A stretch of DNA of 64,000 nt from an uncultured Planctomycetota bacterium (GCA_963719315.1 CAVRBU010000020.1:47014-111013); one strand, 5' to 3'. Positions 17,525 through 28,497 are shown, counted from the first letter of the stretch. Translations and numbers: made by a program. The notes: generated from the sequence alone by a model not told the origin.

Positions 17525-17710
17525 TTACTTTGTCCAGGGCTCAATTTCTTTACGGACCTGTTCGTGACTAGTGGTACGGCCAGCGTCTGCATCCTCCAGT
17601 CCGCTAACAATCATTCTCGCGAATGATAATTCACTTAGCTTCGCATCGTCTGAGTCATCCGGTAATTGATCTGTACAGTCAACTGGAGACGACTTTGCCT
17701 TGTCGGTGTC
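17525..17710 (-). pseudogene. Degenerate orphan antitoxin (ParE/RelE-associated type)
   Basis: QLPDD...ELSFARMIVSGLEDADAGRTTSHEQVRKEIEPWTK; no clear start and no toxin gene follows. Confidence 0.5.
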
Positions 17711-17781
17711 GAGATTGTGTTTTTGTGTTGTGCCGGGTGAAGGATATTCGGCGTGGCCGCCGACGCTAATGTGCACTACGC

Positions 17782-20700
17782 TCATTTTCGCATGCAGCAT
17801 TGTTTGTATTTTTTGCCGCTGCCGCAGGGGCAAGGATCGTTGCGGCCGACTCGGGGGCCCATGTTGCGAATTGGTTCCAGTTTCCTTTCGGCTTCGGTGC
17901 CGGCGATGGCGGCTTGTTGTTGCTGTTCGATCTCGCTGGCCGGTCGGGCGTCTTCCTTGATTGCCGCGCCTTCGACCCAGGTGCTGCCGACGAAGCTCTC
18001 GTCGAGTTGCTCCATCTTGAAGATCAAGTCGGTCACGTAATTTCCGATCGAGATCCAGAGCGTGTCGAAGAGGGCCATCCCTTCGCGCTTGTATTCGACC
18101 TTCGGATCGACTTGAGCATAACCGCGCAGGCCCACGCTAGACTTCAAGTGGTCCATCGCCAGCAGGTGTTCTTTCCACGCGCTATCGAGAATCTGCAGCA
18201 AGAGTGCCCGCTCCATCCGCCGCATTTCGGGGCGGAAATGGTCTTCGACGACCTGAGACACTTTTCGGCTGGCGGCGTCGCGATCGAGCCGGGCTAGTTC
18301 TTCGCGCGAAATTTCGGCGTTGCACGTCGTTTTGAGCCAGGTGGTGAGGTCATCGAGCTTGCCGTTCTGCCCGGTGACGGCACCGAGAGTCGCGGCCGCG
18401 CTAGGCTCATCGGCGAAGAGTTGCTCGACGCGCTGTTGCGCCTCGGCAGCTACCTGGTTGGCCTTCTCGTTGTTTTTTTGGCTGTGGACGACGAGCAGTT
18501 TTTGAATTTCGTCGCGCTGTTTGTTCTTGAGATCGTCGAGGCTGAGTTCGGCGTCGAATCGCCGTTTGGCCCATTCGACTAGATCTTCGCGCAGGAAGCC
18601 CTGCCGCTGGCCACTGGCGCCGCGGGCGGTGAAGCGGTAGAGACCGGCGAGGACCGGATATTCGGACTCGCGCTGATCGTAGGCGGCGATCGCCCGCTGA
18701 TGCGCGAGTTCGGTGAATTCGGCCGGTTCCAATTCGCGGGCTTGTTCCGGGGCAATTTCGACTCCGAATTTATCGCGCAACCAGGCGCAGGCCGTGCGAA
18801 TTCCGTAATCGGGCTCCAAGTAGCGGGAGCACGCGGAGAGGTCGGTCCGTTGAAGGGCTTCGTGGGCCAGCTTGATCAACTCTTCAGAGAGGTGCTCGCG
18901 GCCGAACTTTTTGAGATCACGATCGCGGAGATTGAGGCCCCAACGGGTGTTGGCGGTGCTGGCCAGCGCGGCCCAATTCCACTCGCTTTGATCCTCTTCA
19001 TCGGGAAGATTCTCTTCGATGGCATCCAGGACCTGCGACTCCGACATGCGACTGGCTTCATCGATCGCGAGCCGCTCGGCGTCTTTGTAATCGGAGTTGC
19101 GGTAGTCCTTGGCATCGAGCTGCACGTGGAGCAGGTTGCCGGCCGCGGCGGCGAAAGATTCGATGCCATACGCGGGGGCCAAATACCGGCTGAAGGCTTC
19201 CTCGACCTCGCGGCCGATCATTTCGGTAATCAGGTCGCGGCAATTGACGCCGTCCAGGATCCGCTGGCGGTAGCTGTAGATGCGCTTCCGCTGTTCGTCC
19301 ATGACCTCGTCGTATTCGAGCAGATTCTTGCGAACTTCGAAGTTTCGTTCCTCGACTTTCTTCTGAGCGCCTTCGATGCGGCGGGAAACCATGCGGCTTT
19401 CGATCGCTTCGCCTTCCTGCATGCCCATGCGGGTGAGCAGATTCTTGACCCATTCGCCGGCGAAGATCCGCATCAGGTCGTCTTCGAGGGAGAGGTAGAA
19501 GCGGCTGCTGCCGGGGTCGCCTTGTCGGCCGCAGCGACCGCGAAGCTGCAGGTCGATTCGGCGGGCTTCGTGCCGCTCGGTGCCGATTATGTGCAGGCCG
19601 CCGAGTTCCTTCACTTCCTGCCCCTCGGCCTTCATGTTTTCGCGCTGCTCGATCTCGGTGACGAGCCGATGCCATTCTTCTTGCGGCACATCGAGTCGGG
19701 TGGCGTACTTGTCTTGGAGTTGGGCCCAGGCCATCGTCTCGGCGTTGCCGCCGAGGATGATATCTGTCCCGCGGCCGGCCATGTTCGTGGCGATGGTGAC
19801 GCCCGCTTTGCGGCCGGCTTGGGCGACGATCTCGGCCTCGCGCTTGTGATGCTTGGCATTGAGCACCTGGTGTTTGATGCCGCGCTTTTCGAGCAGGCTG
19901 GAGATCCGTTCGCTCTTTTCGATGGACACCGTGCCGACGAGCACCGGCCGGCCGCGGCGTTGGTGGTCGCGAACCTTGTTTATCGGGATCGTTTGCGGTT
20001 GCTTGGAGTTTTGCGGCACGATGGTGATGGCGTCTTCGGTCTTCTTTTCGATCGTGCCGGCGACGAGCTCGCCATCGTCTTTGAGCACCTGGTCCCAGCG
20101 GTTGAGGCGTTCGATTTCGTCGGCGATGGCGGCAAACTTTTCGGGTTCACTGCGATAGATGACATCCGGGTGGATCGTGCGCTGCAGAGGCTTATTGGTG
20201 GGCACGCCGATCACGTCGAGCTGGTAAATTTTCCAGAACTCGCCGGCTTCGGTGAGGGCCGTGCCCGTCATGCCGCAGATTTTGTTGTACAGTTTGAAAA
20301 AGTTTTGCAGCGTGATCGTAGCCAGCGTCTGCGATTCTTGCTTGATCGTGACGCCTTCCTTCGCCTCGACGGCCTGGTGCAAACCGTCGCTCCAATGGCG
20401 GCCCGGCATCAGGCGGCCCGTGAACTCATCCACGATGACGACCTCGCCGTCCTGCACGACATAATTCACGTCGCGCTTGTAGAGGTGATGAGCCTTGAGC
20501 GAGTTGTCGATCAGGTGCGGCCACTGCATGTTGCCGGCCGTATAGAAGCTCTCGACGCCGGCCAGCCGTTCGGCCTCCCGAACGCCTTCGTCCGTGAGGT
20601 TCGCGGTATGCTCCTTTTCCTTGACCTCGAAATGAACTTCCTTTTTGAGCTGCTGGGCGACCTTGTCGGCCCGCGTGTATTTCGTGACATCGTCCTCTGC

Positions 20701-21501
20701 CGGGCCGGCGATGATAAGCGGCGTGCGGGCTTCGTCGATGAGGATATTGTCGACTTCGTCGATGATGGCGAAGTTGAGCGGACCCTGAGATTGCTGCTGG
20801 TTCTTCGGGTAGCGCTCGTCGCCCCGGGCGGCGATTCGCATGTTGTCGCGGAGGTAGTCGAAGCCGAACTCGTTATTGGTTCCGTAGGTAATATCGCAGG
20901 CATAAGCCTTTTGGCGTTCATCGGACTCCATACCGCCTTGGATCGCACCGACCGTCAGGCCGAGGCCGGTGTAGAGCGGGGCCATCCATTCCATGTCGCG
21001 GCGGGCCAGGTAATCGTTCACCGTGACGACGTGTACCGAGCCGCGCGGATTGCCCTCGGAATCCGTTGTAATGGGTTGCAAAGCGTTGAGGTACGCCGGC
21101 AGTGTGGCGACGAGCGTCTTGCCTTCGCCCGTCACCATCTCGGCGATGTTGCCTTCGTGCAGGATCATGCCGCCGAGCATCTGGACATCGTAATGCCGCA
21201 GGCCGAGAAAGCGGCGGCCCCCCTCGCGGCAAACGGCGAAGGCTTCGTCCAGGATGTCGTCGAGGGTTTCGCCCGCCTCGAGTCGGCGACGGAAGTCGGT
21301 GGTTTGCGCACGGAGCTCCGCATCCGTCATCGCCTGGTACTTGGGCTCCAGCCCTGCGATCGCATCCACCTTGGGCTGTAGGCGCTTGAGAAACCGCGCG
21401 TTCGCCGAGCCGAACAGGCCGGTGATCGTCCGCTCGAACCGGCTCATGAAGGCGTTGCCGATTGCAGAGAGGATTTCCCAGATGCGTTCGAGAATTTCCA
21501 T
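17782..21501 (-). CDS. secA: Preprotein translocase subunit SecA (extended, 1239 aa)
   Basis: [57 protein letters not shown]-terminal [18 protein letters not shown]. Confidence 0.98.
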   Translation of the reverse strand: MEILERIWEILSAIGNAFMSRFERTITGLFGSANARFLKRLQPKVDAIAGLEPKYQAMTDAELRAQTTDFRRRLEAGETLDDILDEAFAVCREGGRRFLGLRHYDVQMLGGMILHEGNIAEMVTGEGKTLVATLPAYLNALQPITTDSEGNPRGSVHVVTVNDYLARRDMEWMAPLYTGLGLTVGAIQGGMESDERQKAYACDITYGTNNEFGFDYLRDNMRIAARGDERYPKNQQQSQGPLNFAIIDEVDNILIDEARTPLIIAGPAEDDVTKYTRADKVAQQLKKEVHFEVKEKEHTANLTDEGVREAERLAGVESFYTAGNMQWPHLIDNSLKAHHLYKRDVNYVVQDGEVVIVDEFTGRLMPGRHWSDGLHQAVEAKEGVTIKQESQTLATITLQNFFKLYNKICGMTGTALTEAGEFWKIYQLDVIGVPTNKPLQRTIHPDVIYRSEPEKFAAIADEIERLNRWDQVLKDDGELVAGTIEKKTEDAITIVPQNSKQPQTIPINKVRDHQRRGRPVLVGTVSIEKSERISSLLEKRGIKHQVLNAKHHKREAEIVAQAGRKAGVTIATNMAGRGTDIILGGNAETMAWAQLQDKYATRLDVPQEEWHRLVTEIEQRENMKAEGQEVKELGGLHIIGTERHEARRIDLQLRGRCGRQGDPGSSRFYLSLEDDLMRIFAGEWVKNLLTRMGMQEGEAIESRMVSRRIEGAQKKVEERNFEVRKNLLEYDEVMDEQRKRIYSYRQRILDGVNCRDLITEMIGREVEEAFSRYLAPAYGIESFAAAAGNLLHVQLDAKDYRNSDYKDAERLAIDEASRMSESQVLDAIEENLPDEEDQSEWNWAALASTANTRWGLNLRDRDLKKFGREHLSEELIKLAHEALQRTDLSACSRYLEPDYGIRTACAWLRDKFGVEIAPEQARELEPAEFTELAHQRAIAAYDQRESEYPVLAGLYRFTARGASGQRQGFLREDLVEWAKRRFDAELSLDDLKNKQRDEIQKLLVVHSQKNNEKANQVAAEAQQRVEQLFADEPSAAATLGAVTGQNGKLDDLTTWLKTTCNAEISREELARLDRDAASRKVSQVVEDHFRPEMRRMERALLLQILDSAWKEHLLAMDHLKSSVGLRGYAQVDPKVEYKREGMALFDTLWISIGNYVTDLIFKMEQLDESFVGSTWVEGAAIKEDARPASEIEQQQQAAIAGTEAERKLEPIRNMGPRVGRNDPCPCGSGKKYKQCCMRK

Positions 21502-21825
21502 GTGTAATTGTAGGCAGGGATGCGCCGGCGGGATCGCAAATGCCGCGTGGGCAAGCGATGGGTGGCGGCAGGCGGACTGCCTGTCGATTCAATAGAAAAT
21601 CAAAAGCCAGGCGAACCGCCTGTCTCAACGGGGCCGGAATGCGCGTAACGTGGCTCCGGCAAAAAGTTTATAGCGATCGTGCCTTCCGGTCAAGCGGAGT
21701 TGAGGCGGATGCGGGCTGCGGCGTGACTGGGTAAACTCAGAAGATTGCAGATTTCGGATTTCGGGACGCGGACCGTGTGGGCCCGGCCAGGCCCGAAAGG
21801 GATACGGCGACGACTTCAATTCGGA

Positions 21826-22644
21826 ATGTATCTCGGCGTGTCCAAAGAGCTTTTGACGACCGACATCCGCGGCCAGATGGTTTTGCTAGGCACCGGGACC
21901 AGCGTCGGGGTGCCGATGATCGGCTGCGGGTGTGATGTCTGCACGAGCGACAATCCGCGGAATAAGCGCACCCGGTGCAGCGCGATCTTGGGGCTGCCGG
22001 GTGGGAATTTGCTGATCGATACGTCGCCCGATGTCCGCGAGCAACTTTTACGCGAGCGGATCGGCATCGTCCATTCGGTGCTTTATACCCACGAGCACGC
22101 CGACCATGTGTTTGGTTTGGACGATTTACGAATGATGCAGTTTTACCTGGGCGGCCCAGTGCCGCTGTATTGCGAGCCGCGGGTGGAGGATCGAATTCGC
22201 AAGTCGTTCGACTATGCATTCGCGGTCGGAGCCCATTCACACCCCGGGGCCGTGCCGCAGTTGGCGTTTCACCGGATCGGCCTGGAACCGTTCGAAGTGT
22301 TGGGCGCACGCATCGTGCCCGTGCGGATGAAGCACGGCAATCGATTTGATGTGCTCGGCTTTCGGCTCGGTATCGTGGCCTACTGCACGGACGTCAATTT
22401 GATTCCGCCGGAAAGCCTGGAGAAGCTCACGGGCCTCGATGTGCTCGTGCTCGATGCGCTTCGGCCGCGCGGGCACGCGACGCACTTCAGCCTCGAAGAA
22501 GCGGTCGAAATCGCCAGACAATTGGCGCCGCGGCAAACGTATTTCACACACATGTCGCACGAACTGGAGCACGAGACGACGAACGCGGCGTTGCCGGCGG
22601 GCATGGCGTTGGCGTATGACGGGTTGCGAATCGCTTTAACGTAA
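21826..22644 (+). CDS. MBL-fold metallo-hydrolase (PhnP-like)
   Basis: LGTGTSVGVPMIGCGCDVC, THEHADH, THMSH, LAYDGL; start uncertain. Confidence 0.9.
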   Translation: MYLGVSKELLTTDIRGQMVLLGTGTSVGVPMIGCGCDVCTSDNPRNKRTRCSAILGLPGGNLLIDTSPDVREQLLRERIGIVHSVLYTHEHADHVFGLDDLRMMQFYLGGPVPLYCEPRVEDRIRKSFDYAFAVGAHSHPGAVPQLAFHRIGLEPFEVLGARIVPVRMKHGNRFDVLGFRLGIVAYCTDVNLIPPESLEKLTGLDVLVLDALRPRGHATHFSLEEAVEIARQLAPRQTYFTHMSHELEHETTNAALPAGMALAYDGLRIALT

Positions 22645-22659
22645 AGCGTCGAAACCTGC

Positions 22660-22688
22660 TTGACGACCGTTGTTTGATGGCGTACAAT
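22660..22688 (+). promoter_or_regulatory. Near-consensus sigma70 promoter of the second higBA locus
   Basis: TTGACG-N17-TACAAT, ending 8 nt before the ATG at 22697. Confidence 0.7.
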
Positions 22689-22696
22689 ATGTACGC

Positions 22697-23008
22697 ATGA
22701 GGCGAGTCGTATCTCCTGCGCGTGTGAAGGAATATGCGGCGCGTTACCCGACCGCTAAACCATCTTTGATGCATTGGCTGCAGATGGTCCGCCGTTCCGA
22801 GTGGCAGAATCCAGCGCAATTGAAATTTTCGTTCAGCGGAGTCGATCCGGTGAGCGTTGAAAGCGGCCGAACGGTTTACGTTTTCAACATCGAACGAAAT
22901 CGGCACCGACTGATTGCTGCGGTCCACTTCAACACACAAACGGTCTATGTGCTCCGGATCATGACGCATGCGGAATACGATCAGGGACGATGGAAGGAGG
23001 AGCTATGA
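22697..23008 (+). CDS. higB: HigB-type toxin
   Basis: W.NPAQLK..F..VD......VFNI..NRHRLIAAVHF...IMTHAEYDQGRWK. Confidence 0.88.
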   Translation: MRRVVSPARVKEYAARYPTAKPSLMHWLQMVRRSEWQNPAQLKFSFSGVDPVSVESGRTVYVFNIERNRHRLIAAVHFNTQTVYVLRIMTHAEYDQGRWKEEL

Positions 23009-23442
23009 GCAAGGCGAAGAGAACCGAAAAACTTGGTTTGCGGCCTTTCAGCAAGATGCCGAAGACGTTTGAGGGCCTATGTCGCATGTTGCCGCCGAGG
23101 CCGATTCGCGACGAGACAGATTACGATAATGCCATCGAAATGCTGGATTCATTGGTCGGCTTTGAACTCAACAAGGATCAACTTGACTATCTCGAAGTGC
23201 TGACGACTCTCGTGGGCAACTATGAAGACGTCCACCACGCCATCGACACTTCGGACATCAGCGGGCTCGATTCGTTGAAGTACCTGCTTGAGCAGAATAA
23301 TATGACGGCCTCGGACTTAGGCATGCTGTTGGGCAATCGATCGCTGGGATCGAAAATCCTCCGCGGAGAACGCGAACTGAGCAAAGCGCACTTACGGATA
23401 TTGGCCGACCGGTTCAAAGTCGATGCCGGATTATTCCTATAA
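23005..23442 (+). CDS. higA: HigA-type HTH antitoxin
   Basis: ATGA overlap and AGGAGG SD; PRPIRDETDY...YLEVLTTLVGNYE...LRGERELSKAHLRILADRF. Confidence 0.88.
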   Translation: MSKAKRTEKLGLRPFSKMPKTFEGLCRMLPPRPIRDETDYDNAIEMLDSLVGFELNKDQLDYLEVLTTLVGNYEDVHHAIDTSDISGLDSLKYLLEQNNMTASDLGMLLGNRSLGSKILRGERELSKAHLRILADRFKVDAGLFL

Positions 23443-23455
23443 CCAACGACCGCGC

Positions 23456-23489
23456 AAGAAAAGGCGCCGGAGTTGAATCTCCGGCGCCT
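23456..23489 (-). terminator. Rho-independent terminator of the protease gene
   Basis: AGGCGCCGGAG-loop-CTCCGGCGCCT hairpin followed by a T-run on the minus strand. Confidence 0.75.
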
Positions 23490-23528
23490 CGTGCAATCGA
23501 ATTCAAACTCGGCAATGGAGTTGCCAAA

Positions 23529-25640
23529 CTACTGCGGAATCACGGCCGCCTGGGGGGCGTTCGACCCCGGCCGGGCAACGGCTACTTTGTTGCCGCCCAA
23601 CAATTCCAAGTAATCGACGACGATGTTCAGCGCTTCCTTGCCGTAGCCGTCCATTTCGTACACGGGCCGCTTCGGGTCGGTCATGTCATCGAACATCTTC
23701 TCCTGCTCTTTGTCCGAATCCATTTCGGCCCGCTCCTTGAGGAATACCTCCTGGTTGAGCGTGACGGTCTTCTTGTCTTTTTGCTCGTCGTATCGGGCAA
23801 TTTCTCGATTGGCCTTCGCGAAGTAATCCGATTCGGAAATGCGTTTTTGCGAGCGCTGCCTGAGCCCTTCCACGATTCCTGAATCGTGCATGTGGAAATC
23901 GTCGTGGGGCAGAGGATTGACGCGGCTGAACGCGAGTGCATAGTCCAGGTCCGACTCGCTGACTTTTTCCAAGTGCGTCGTGAGCGACGGCAATTCGACA
24001 TCCGCCACCACGCCGCGATTTTGCGTGCTGTCGCCGCCGGGCCGATAGAACTGCTGAATCGTAAGTTTCAGCGCGCCCATGTTCGGCACGGCTTGGATAC
24101 GGAACAAGGCATTGCCCAGATCGAACAACTGCTGCACCGTGCCTTTGCCGTGCGTGTTATGGTCGCCGATGACGATGCCCCGGTTATAGTCCTGAATGGC
24201 GCCGGCGAAGATTTCGCTCGCGCTGGCGCTAAACTTATTGATCATCACGACGAGCGGACCTTCCCACACGAGACCCGGCTCGGGGTCTTTGTACGGCTGC
24301 GTGCGGCCGTCCGGGCCTTTGACCTGGACGACGGGGCCGTTGTCGATGAACAGGCCGGTCATGTTGACGGCTTCCGTCAACGAGCCGCCACCGTTCCAAC
24401 GGAGGTCCACCACGACGGCATCCACGCCCTTTGTCTTAAACTCTTCGAGCAACCGGCGGACGTCACGGGTGGTGCTCTTGTAATCGGCGAGCCCGAGGCG
24501 GGCGCCGTCCATGTCCATGTAAAAGCTCGGTAGTTGAATCACTCCGATTTTGTACTTCGTGCCATCGGCCTTCGTGCCTTGCTCGATGACCTCGCCGCGG
24601 GCTTCGCTATCTTTGAGTTCGATTCGATCGCGGGTGATGACGATCGTTTTGCGACCTGCGCCGTCTTTCGGCTCGATTTGCAGCCGCACGACCGTGCCAC
24701 GCTTGCCGCGGATTTTCTTCACGACTTCGTTGAGCTTCATGTCGACGATGTCCTCGATCGGACCGCTAACGCCTTCGCCCACACCGACGATTTTATCTTC
24801 CGGCTTCAGTCCGCCGTTCTTATCGGCAGCGCCGCCGGGGATGACGTTTTGCACGACGGTGAATCCATCGACGCCGCGGAGCGATGCGCCGATACCGTCC
24901 AACTCGAGCTTCATCTGAATGTTGAAGTTATCGAGCGTCGAGGGGGCCATGTAGCTGCTATGCGGATCGAAGGCGCTCGTCATCGCGGTCAGGTATCGTT
25001 CGAGCAACTCGTCGTTGTCAGTTTGCTGCCAACTCTTACGGATGCTGTCGTAGCGCTTAGTGAGCTTCTTGATGGCCTCGTCCATGGGGACTTTGTCGGC
25101 CGTTTCCTTGAGCAGGTCGAACTTCACCCGCTTCCGCCAACGCTCGGCCGCTTCTTCTGGGGTCTTCGCGAACGTCATTGCGTCGGGCTCGCGGATCATT
25201 TCTTCTTCCAGGTTGAAATCCTGCGGCTTGCTGAGATCGGCCTCGGCCAGCGTGATCCGCTCATCGACGCGCGACAGGAAGCGCGAAAACACTTCGTACG
25301 CGAAGTTGATGTCGCCGTGCTTCATCGAGTCGTCGAGCTTATCCTTGCTGCGATTGAATTCGTCAATGTCGCTCTGATAGAAGAACAATTTGAGTGGATC
25401 CAAATCCTTGATGAAGGTCTTGAGGCAGCGCTCGGAGATCGTGTCGTCCAGGCGATGTCCGGTGAGGTGCTGCTTTTCCATGAGCATCGAGACAGCCAGC
25501 GTGATTTGGCGGTCGGCGGCGGTCGGCTGAGTCGGCCGTGCGAAAACGAAGCCTGGGCCGCTCGCGACGGCAATGCCGGCGACGAGCAGAGAGAGGCGGG
25601 GAATTACAGAAGTGAATCTGCGATGGTTCATGTGGGTCAT
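23529..25640 (-). CDS. prc: Carboxy-terminal processing protease (S41, Prc/Tsp-like)
   Basis: Signal peptide, DPHSSY, PDZ GIGA, DLRWNGGG, SASASEIFAGAIQDY, GKGTVQ, STQNRGV. Confidence 0.93.
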   Translation of the reverse strand: MTHMNHRRFTSVIPRLSLLVAGIAVASGPGFVFARPTQPTAADRQITLAVSMLMEKQHLTGHRLDDTISERCLKTFIKDLDPLKLFFYQSDIDEFNRSKDKLDDSMKHGDINFAYEVFSRFLSRVDERITLAEADLSKPQDFNLEEEMIREPDAMTFAKTPEEAAERWRKRVKFDLLKETADKVPMDEAIKKLTKRYDSIRKSWQQTDNDELLERYLTAMTSAFDPHSSYMAPSTLDNFNIQMKLELDGIGASLRGVDGFTVVQNVIPGGAADKNGGLKPEDKIVGVGEGVSGPIEDIVDMKLNEVVKKIRGKRGTVVRLQIEPKDGAGRKTIVITRDRIELKDSEARGEVIEQGTKADGTKYKIGVIQLPSFYMDMDGARLGLADYKSTTRDVRRLLEEFKTKGVDAVVVDLRWNGGGSLTEAVNMTGLFIDNGPVVQVKGPDGRTQPYKDPEPGLVWEGPLVVMINKFSASASEIFAGAIQDYNRGIVIGDHNTHGKGTVQQLFDLGNALFRIQAVPNMGALKLTIQQFYRPGGDSTQNRGVVADVELPSLTTHLEKVSESDLDYALAFSRVNPLPHDDFHMHDSGIVEGLRQRSQKRISESDYFAKANREIARYDEQKDKKTVTLNQEVFLKERAEMDSDKEQEKMFDDMTDPKRPVYEMDGYGKEALNIVVDYLELLGGNKVAVARPGSNAPQAAVIPQ

Positions 25641-25920
25641 GTTTTGAAGTCCTTTGATTGCCCCCTGTGGCCGGGGCGAATGCTACACGGATGAGTACCT
25701 AAAATTCGAGGCCAGTTGCGAGACGGGAAGGCAGCCATCCGGCCGGAACCCGCCCAATTGGCCTAAGTTAAGATCGCGTAACGACTTAACTATATCCTAC
25801 CCCGCCATTGCAGTTGGGGCAAGCAGGGCGAAGTTTAGCGATTATCCGCATCTTCACCCGCCGTTTCAATCTACGGATGCTGCATGCTTGCGGTTCAGTC
25901 GGGGGCGCAAGGAGCAAAAA

Positions 25921-25952
25921 CGGTGGGTCTCGCAGACTCGACCCACCCTACA
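25921..25952 (-). repeat. GTAG-type REP
   Basis: Minus strand TGTAGGGTGGGTCGAGTCTGCGAGACCCACCG hairpin; degenerate relative near 33620-33652. Confidence 0.6.
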
Positions 25953-26006
25953 CATGCACCCCGCCGGGGCGAAGTCAGGCACCCGCTGTATTAGAACTTG
26001 CGAGGA

Positions 26007-27380
26007 TTAGTTTCCAAGCAGCGAGTCAACAATCATTTTGTCTTGCCGCGGTAGTACGGTGCGGAGATCTAGCACGAGCCGTTCACCTTCGACGCGACCT
26101 AAGATTGGAAACCGGGCCGCTCGTACGCGGTTGTCGAGCGCTTCGATGTTGCCATCAGCCGCCGCGAGCGCGACGCCGTGCGACGGCCAGCCGTTGCCCG
26201 TGAGAGCCGCTGAAATTGGGCTGCGTGTTTCCACGGCAGTGGCGGAATCGACGCCATCGACGTGCGCGAGTTGAGCGGCCATCCGCTCGGCGCGATTGCG
26301 AAGATTCTCAATGGACGTGGTCAGGCATTGCCACACTGGTAAGGTGTCGGCCCCGCCAGCGGAGTTCTCATAACACTCTATGGTTGCGGTCAGCGCGGCG
26401 GCGCGGAGCGAGTCGAGTCGACAAGTCGAATACAGCGGCTGTCCGACGATGCGGCGGATGACTTCTTTATCGCCAACAAGGATGCCGCAAGCCGGGCCGC
26501 CGACCAAGCCGTCGCCGCGGGCGATGACCAGATCGGCGCCGGCAGCGACGCTGGATTGGACCGAACGTCGCGGCCAGGAAATCGATACCGGCGGAGTGAT
26601 AAGCGGCGCGGCGCCTAAGGCGTCGATCGCAAGCAATTTGCGTTCGTGCGCCACGGCGATCAATTCATCGAACTCGGCGGCGGCCGTTTCACCCACCACC
26701 CGGTAGACATCGCTACTGAGCGCCAAGATCGCAACGGTGCGAGGCGAGGCGGCCGTTTCATAGTCGGCGGCCGCGGATCGATTTGTGCCGCCGACCTCTT
26801 TGAGCGAGGCGCTCGCGGCGGCTGCCAGTTTGGGCAGTGAATCGGCTCCGCTAACATCGCCCACTTCGGCCCGGGCGACCAAAACTTCGCGATCCGCCGC
26901 CAGGGCTGATAGTGCCAGCCAAACCGCACCCGGGTAACTATGTACGACCGCGGCGGCTTCTGCGCCTGTTAGTCGGCAGAGCAGCGATTCAAGTTCGCCG
27001 GGCACGGCAGGCGCGGCCGCATGCGGTTCGGCCGCATATTCGCGGCCCAATGCGACAATACGTTCCAGCGCGATCTCGGCGATCGGCGTGCTCGTCCAAG
27101 TTGAATCGCAAATCTGGCCCGTCGCGTTGATCGCGATTCCGAGCGCATGTTGCTGGCGAGAGACGACATAGCGGGCAGCTCGTTCTGCCAACTCACGGAT
27201 CGACGGAAGATCTGCCGCGCGGCGCTCGAGGTCACTGCGCATTTCATCCAAGAACGACCGCACGCCGCCAATCACCACGCTGCGATTCCAGCGATCGACG
27301 AGCGCCCGAATGGGCGGCTTCTCCAAAAGCTCTGCGACCGACGGCAGCCGATTCAACAAATCGGGCGGTTTGATGGGCAT
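26007..27380 (-). CDS. SelA (selenocysteine synthase)-like protein, degenerate active site
   Basis: N-terminal LPSV..LL, INATG, LTGAEAAAVV, EVGGTNR, GADLVIARGDGLVGGP, GRVEGERLVLDLRTV; the PLP Lys is replaced by Gly. Confidence 0.82.
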   Translation of the reverse strand: MPIKPPDLLNRLPSVAELLEKPPIRALVDRWNRSVVIGGVRSFLDEMRSDLERRAADLPSIRELAERAARYVVSRQQHALGIAINATGQICDSTWTSTPIAEIALERIVALGREYAAEPHAAAPAVPGELESLLCRLTGAEAAAVVHSYPGAVWLALSALAADREVLVARAEVGDVSGADSLPKLAAAASASLKEVGGTNRSAAADYETAASPRTVAILALSSDVYRVVGETAAAEFDELIAVAHERKLLAIDALGAAPLITPPVSISWPRRSVQSSVAAGADLVIARGDGLVGGPACGILVGDKEVIRRIVGQPLYSTCRLDSLRAAALTATIECYENSAGGADTLPVWQCLTTSIENLRNRAERMAAQLAHVDGVDSATAVETRSPISAALTGNGWPSHGVALAAADGNIEALDNRVRAARFPILGRVEGERLVLDLRTVLPRQDKMIVDSLLGN

Positions 27381-27461
27381 GATGCGTCTCCAGGGTAAGC
27401 GAAGTTACCGCTGCGCATCATTCTGGCGATTGGGGAGCGCGTGTCCAGGGCGGGGTCCGAA

Positions 27462-28139
27462 CTAGCGTGTCTGGGTCGGCGATGCATCGACCCGCTGTTG
27501 GGCCATGAACTCGGGCATGGTCTGCGAACCTTGCGGCTCCTGTTCTGAGCCAAACATTCGCTTCCAGAACGAGGGCTGCGCATCTCGCTTGGCGATTCGC
27601 GAACTGCTATTGCGCGGAGCAGGCGCCGGCTCGCCGGGCGTCAGGGCGTCCACCGTTTTGTGCCAGGCGGCTTTGGTACTCTTGGCGACTTTGTGCGCCC
27701 CATCGGTAATCGGTTTCATTGGCGATGGCTTGGGAGGCGTCGGCGTTTTTTCGACCCACGAGTTTCGCGTCGGGTCGGCGTTAGGCTTGTGGGCAAAGAT
27801 GCCTGTTGTCGGCAAGTGAGGTTTCGCCAGATGCGGCCAGCCCACTTTGCCTTTCGGCGAGCTGAGCATCCAGTGTTCCTTGTCGGCCGAGTTGCTCGGC
27901 AGCTGCGACTGACGGGCCAAGGGCGCCGACGAGGGCCGAGTCGGCTGAGAAAGCGCGCCACCGGGATACGGCATCTGCTGTGGCGACGCACTGGGCGCTA
28001 GACTCGGCGGCTGTGAGACTTTGGTTTCGTTCTTATGGCCGAATTGCCACCAATGCGAAGTGGTTTCCGCCGCCGCAAGATTTTGCGAATTGGTCGCAAT
28101 GAGAACTATGCCAACCAGCGCACGCGCAATGTGTCGCAT
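27462..28139 (-). CDS. Hypothetical secreted Pro-rich protein
   Basis: GGAGG SD, signal peptide, low-complexity P/K/S, C-terminal FWKRMFG...MPEFMAQQR. Confidence 0.65.
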   Translation of the reverse strand: MRHIARALVGIVLIATNSQNLAAAETTSHWWQFGHKNETKVSQPPSLAPSASPQQMPYPGGALSQPTRPSSAPLARQSQLPSNSADKEHWMLSSPKGKVGWPHLAKPHLPTTGIFAHKPNADPTRNSWVEKTPTPPKPSPMKPITDGAHKVAKSTKAAWHKTVDALTPGEPAPAPRNSSSRIAKRDAQPSFWKRMFGSEQEPQGSQTMPEFMAQQRVDASPTQTR

Positions 28140-28375
28140 GGCTTCCATCCCTCCGAATTAGATCAGGCGTCACGGGCCTGTGGCGAACGATTGTCAAGTC
28201 GCCACGGCAACTCGCCTGGGCGAGCTGAAGCGGCCAGTGGCGCCAAAGTGATAAGGTTTCCCAATTGGTTTTTCGTCCAACGTGGGCGGCGAAGTCTCGC
28301 AAAAACGTCCCAAGGTGCCTAGATGACTACAGCGAATGGCCGCGATGGCATGCATTCGCCTCCAGCACCGCTGTC

Positions 28376-28497
28376 GGTAGTGTCTTGATTTGGCACCCTT
28401 CGGACCGGAATTTTGTAGCACGGACTTCAGTCCGTAAGAAAATCATGGACTGAAGTCCGTACTACAAGCTTGTTGTGCAGAAAATTAGGACACCATC
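28376..28497. mobile_element. 122-bp MITE copy 1 with internal REP pair
   Basis: TIRs GGTAGTGTCTTGATTTG / AAATTAGGACACCATC; flanks CCGCTGTC / CAGCTGTC (7/8 TSD); homologous to 50083-50204. Confidence 0.8.

Noticed and set aside
18700..21381. 893-aa ORF antisense to secA
   Set aside because: Shadow ORF caused by high GC3 of secA; no recognisable motifs
24534..25694. 386-aa ORF antisense to prc (similarly 33195-34325, 45158-46039, 51223-52047)
   Set aside because: Antisense shadows of confidently identified genes
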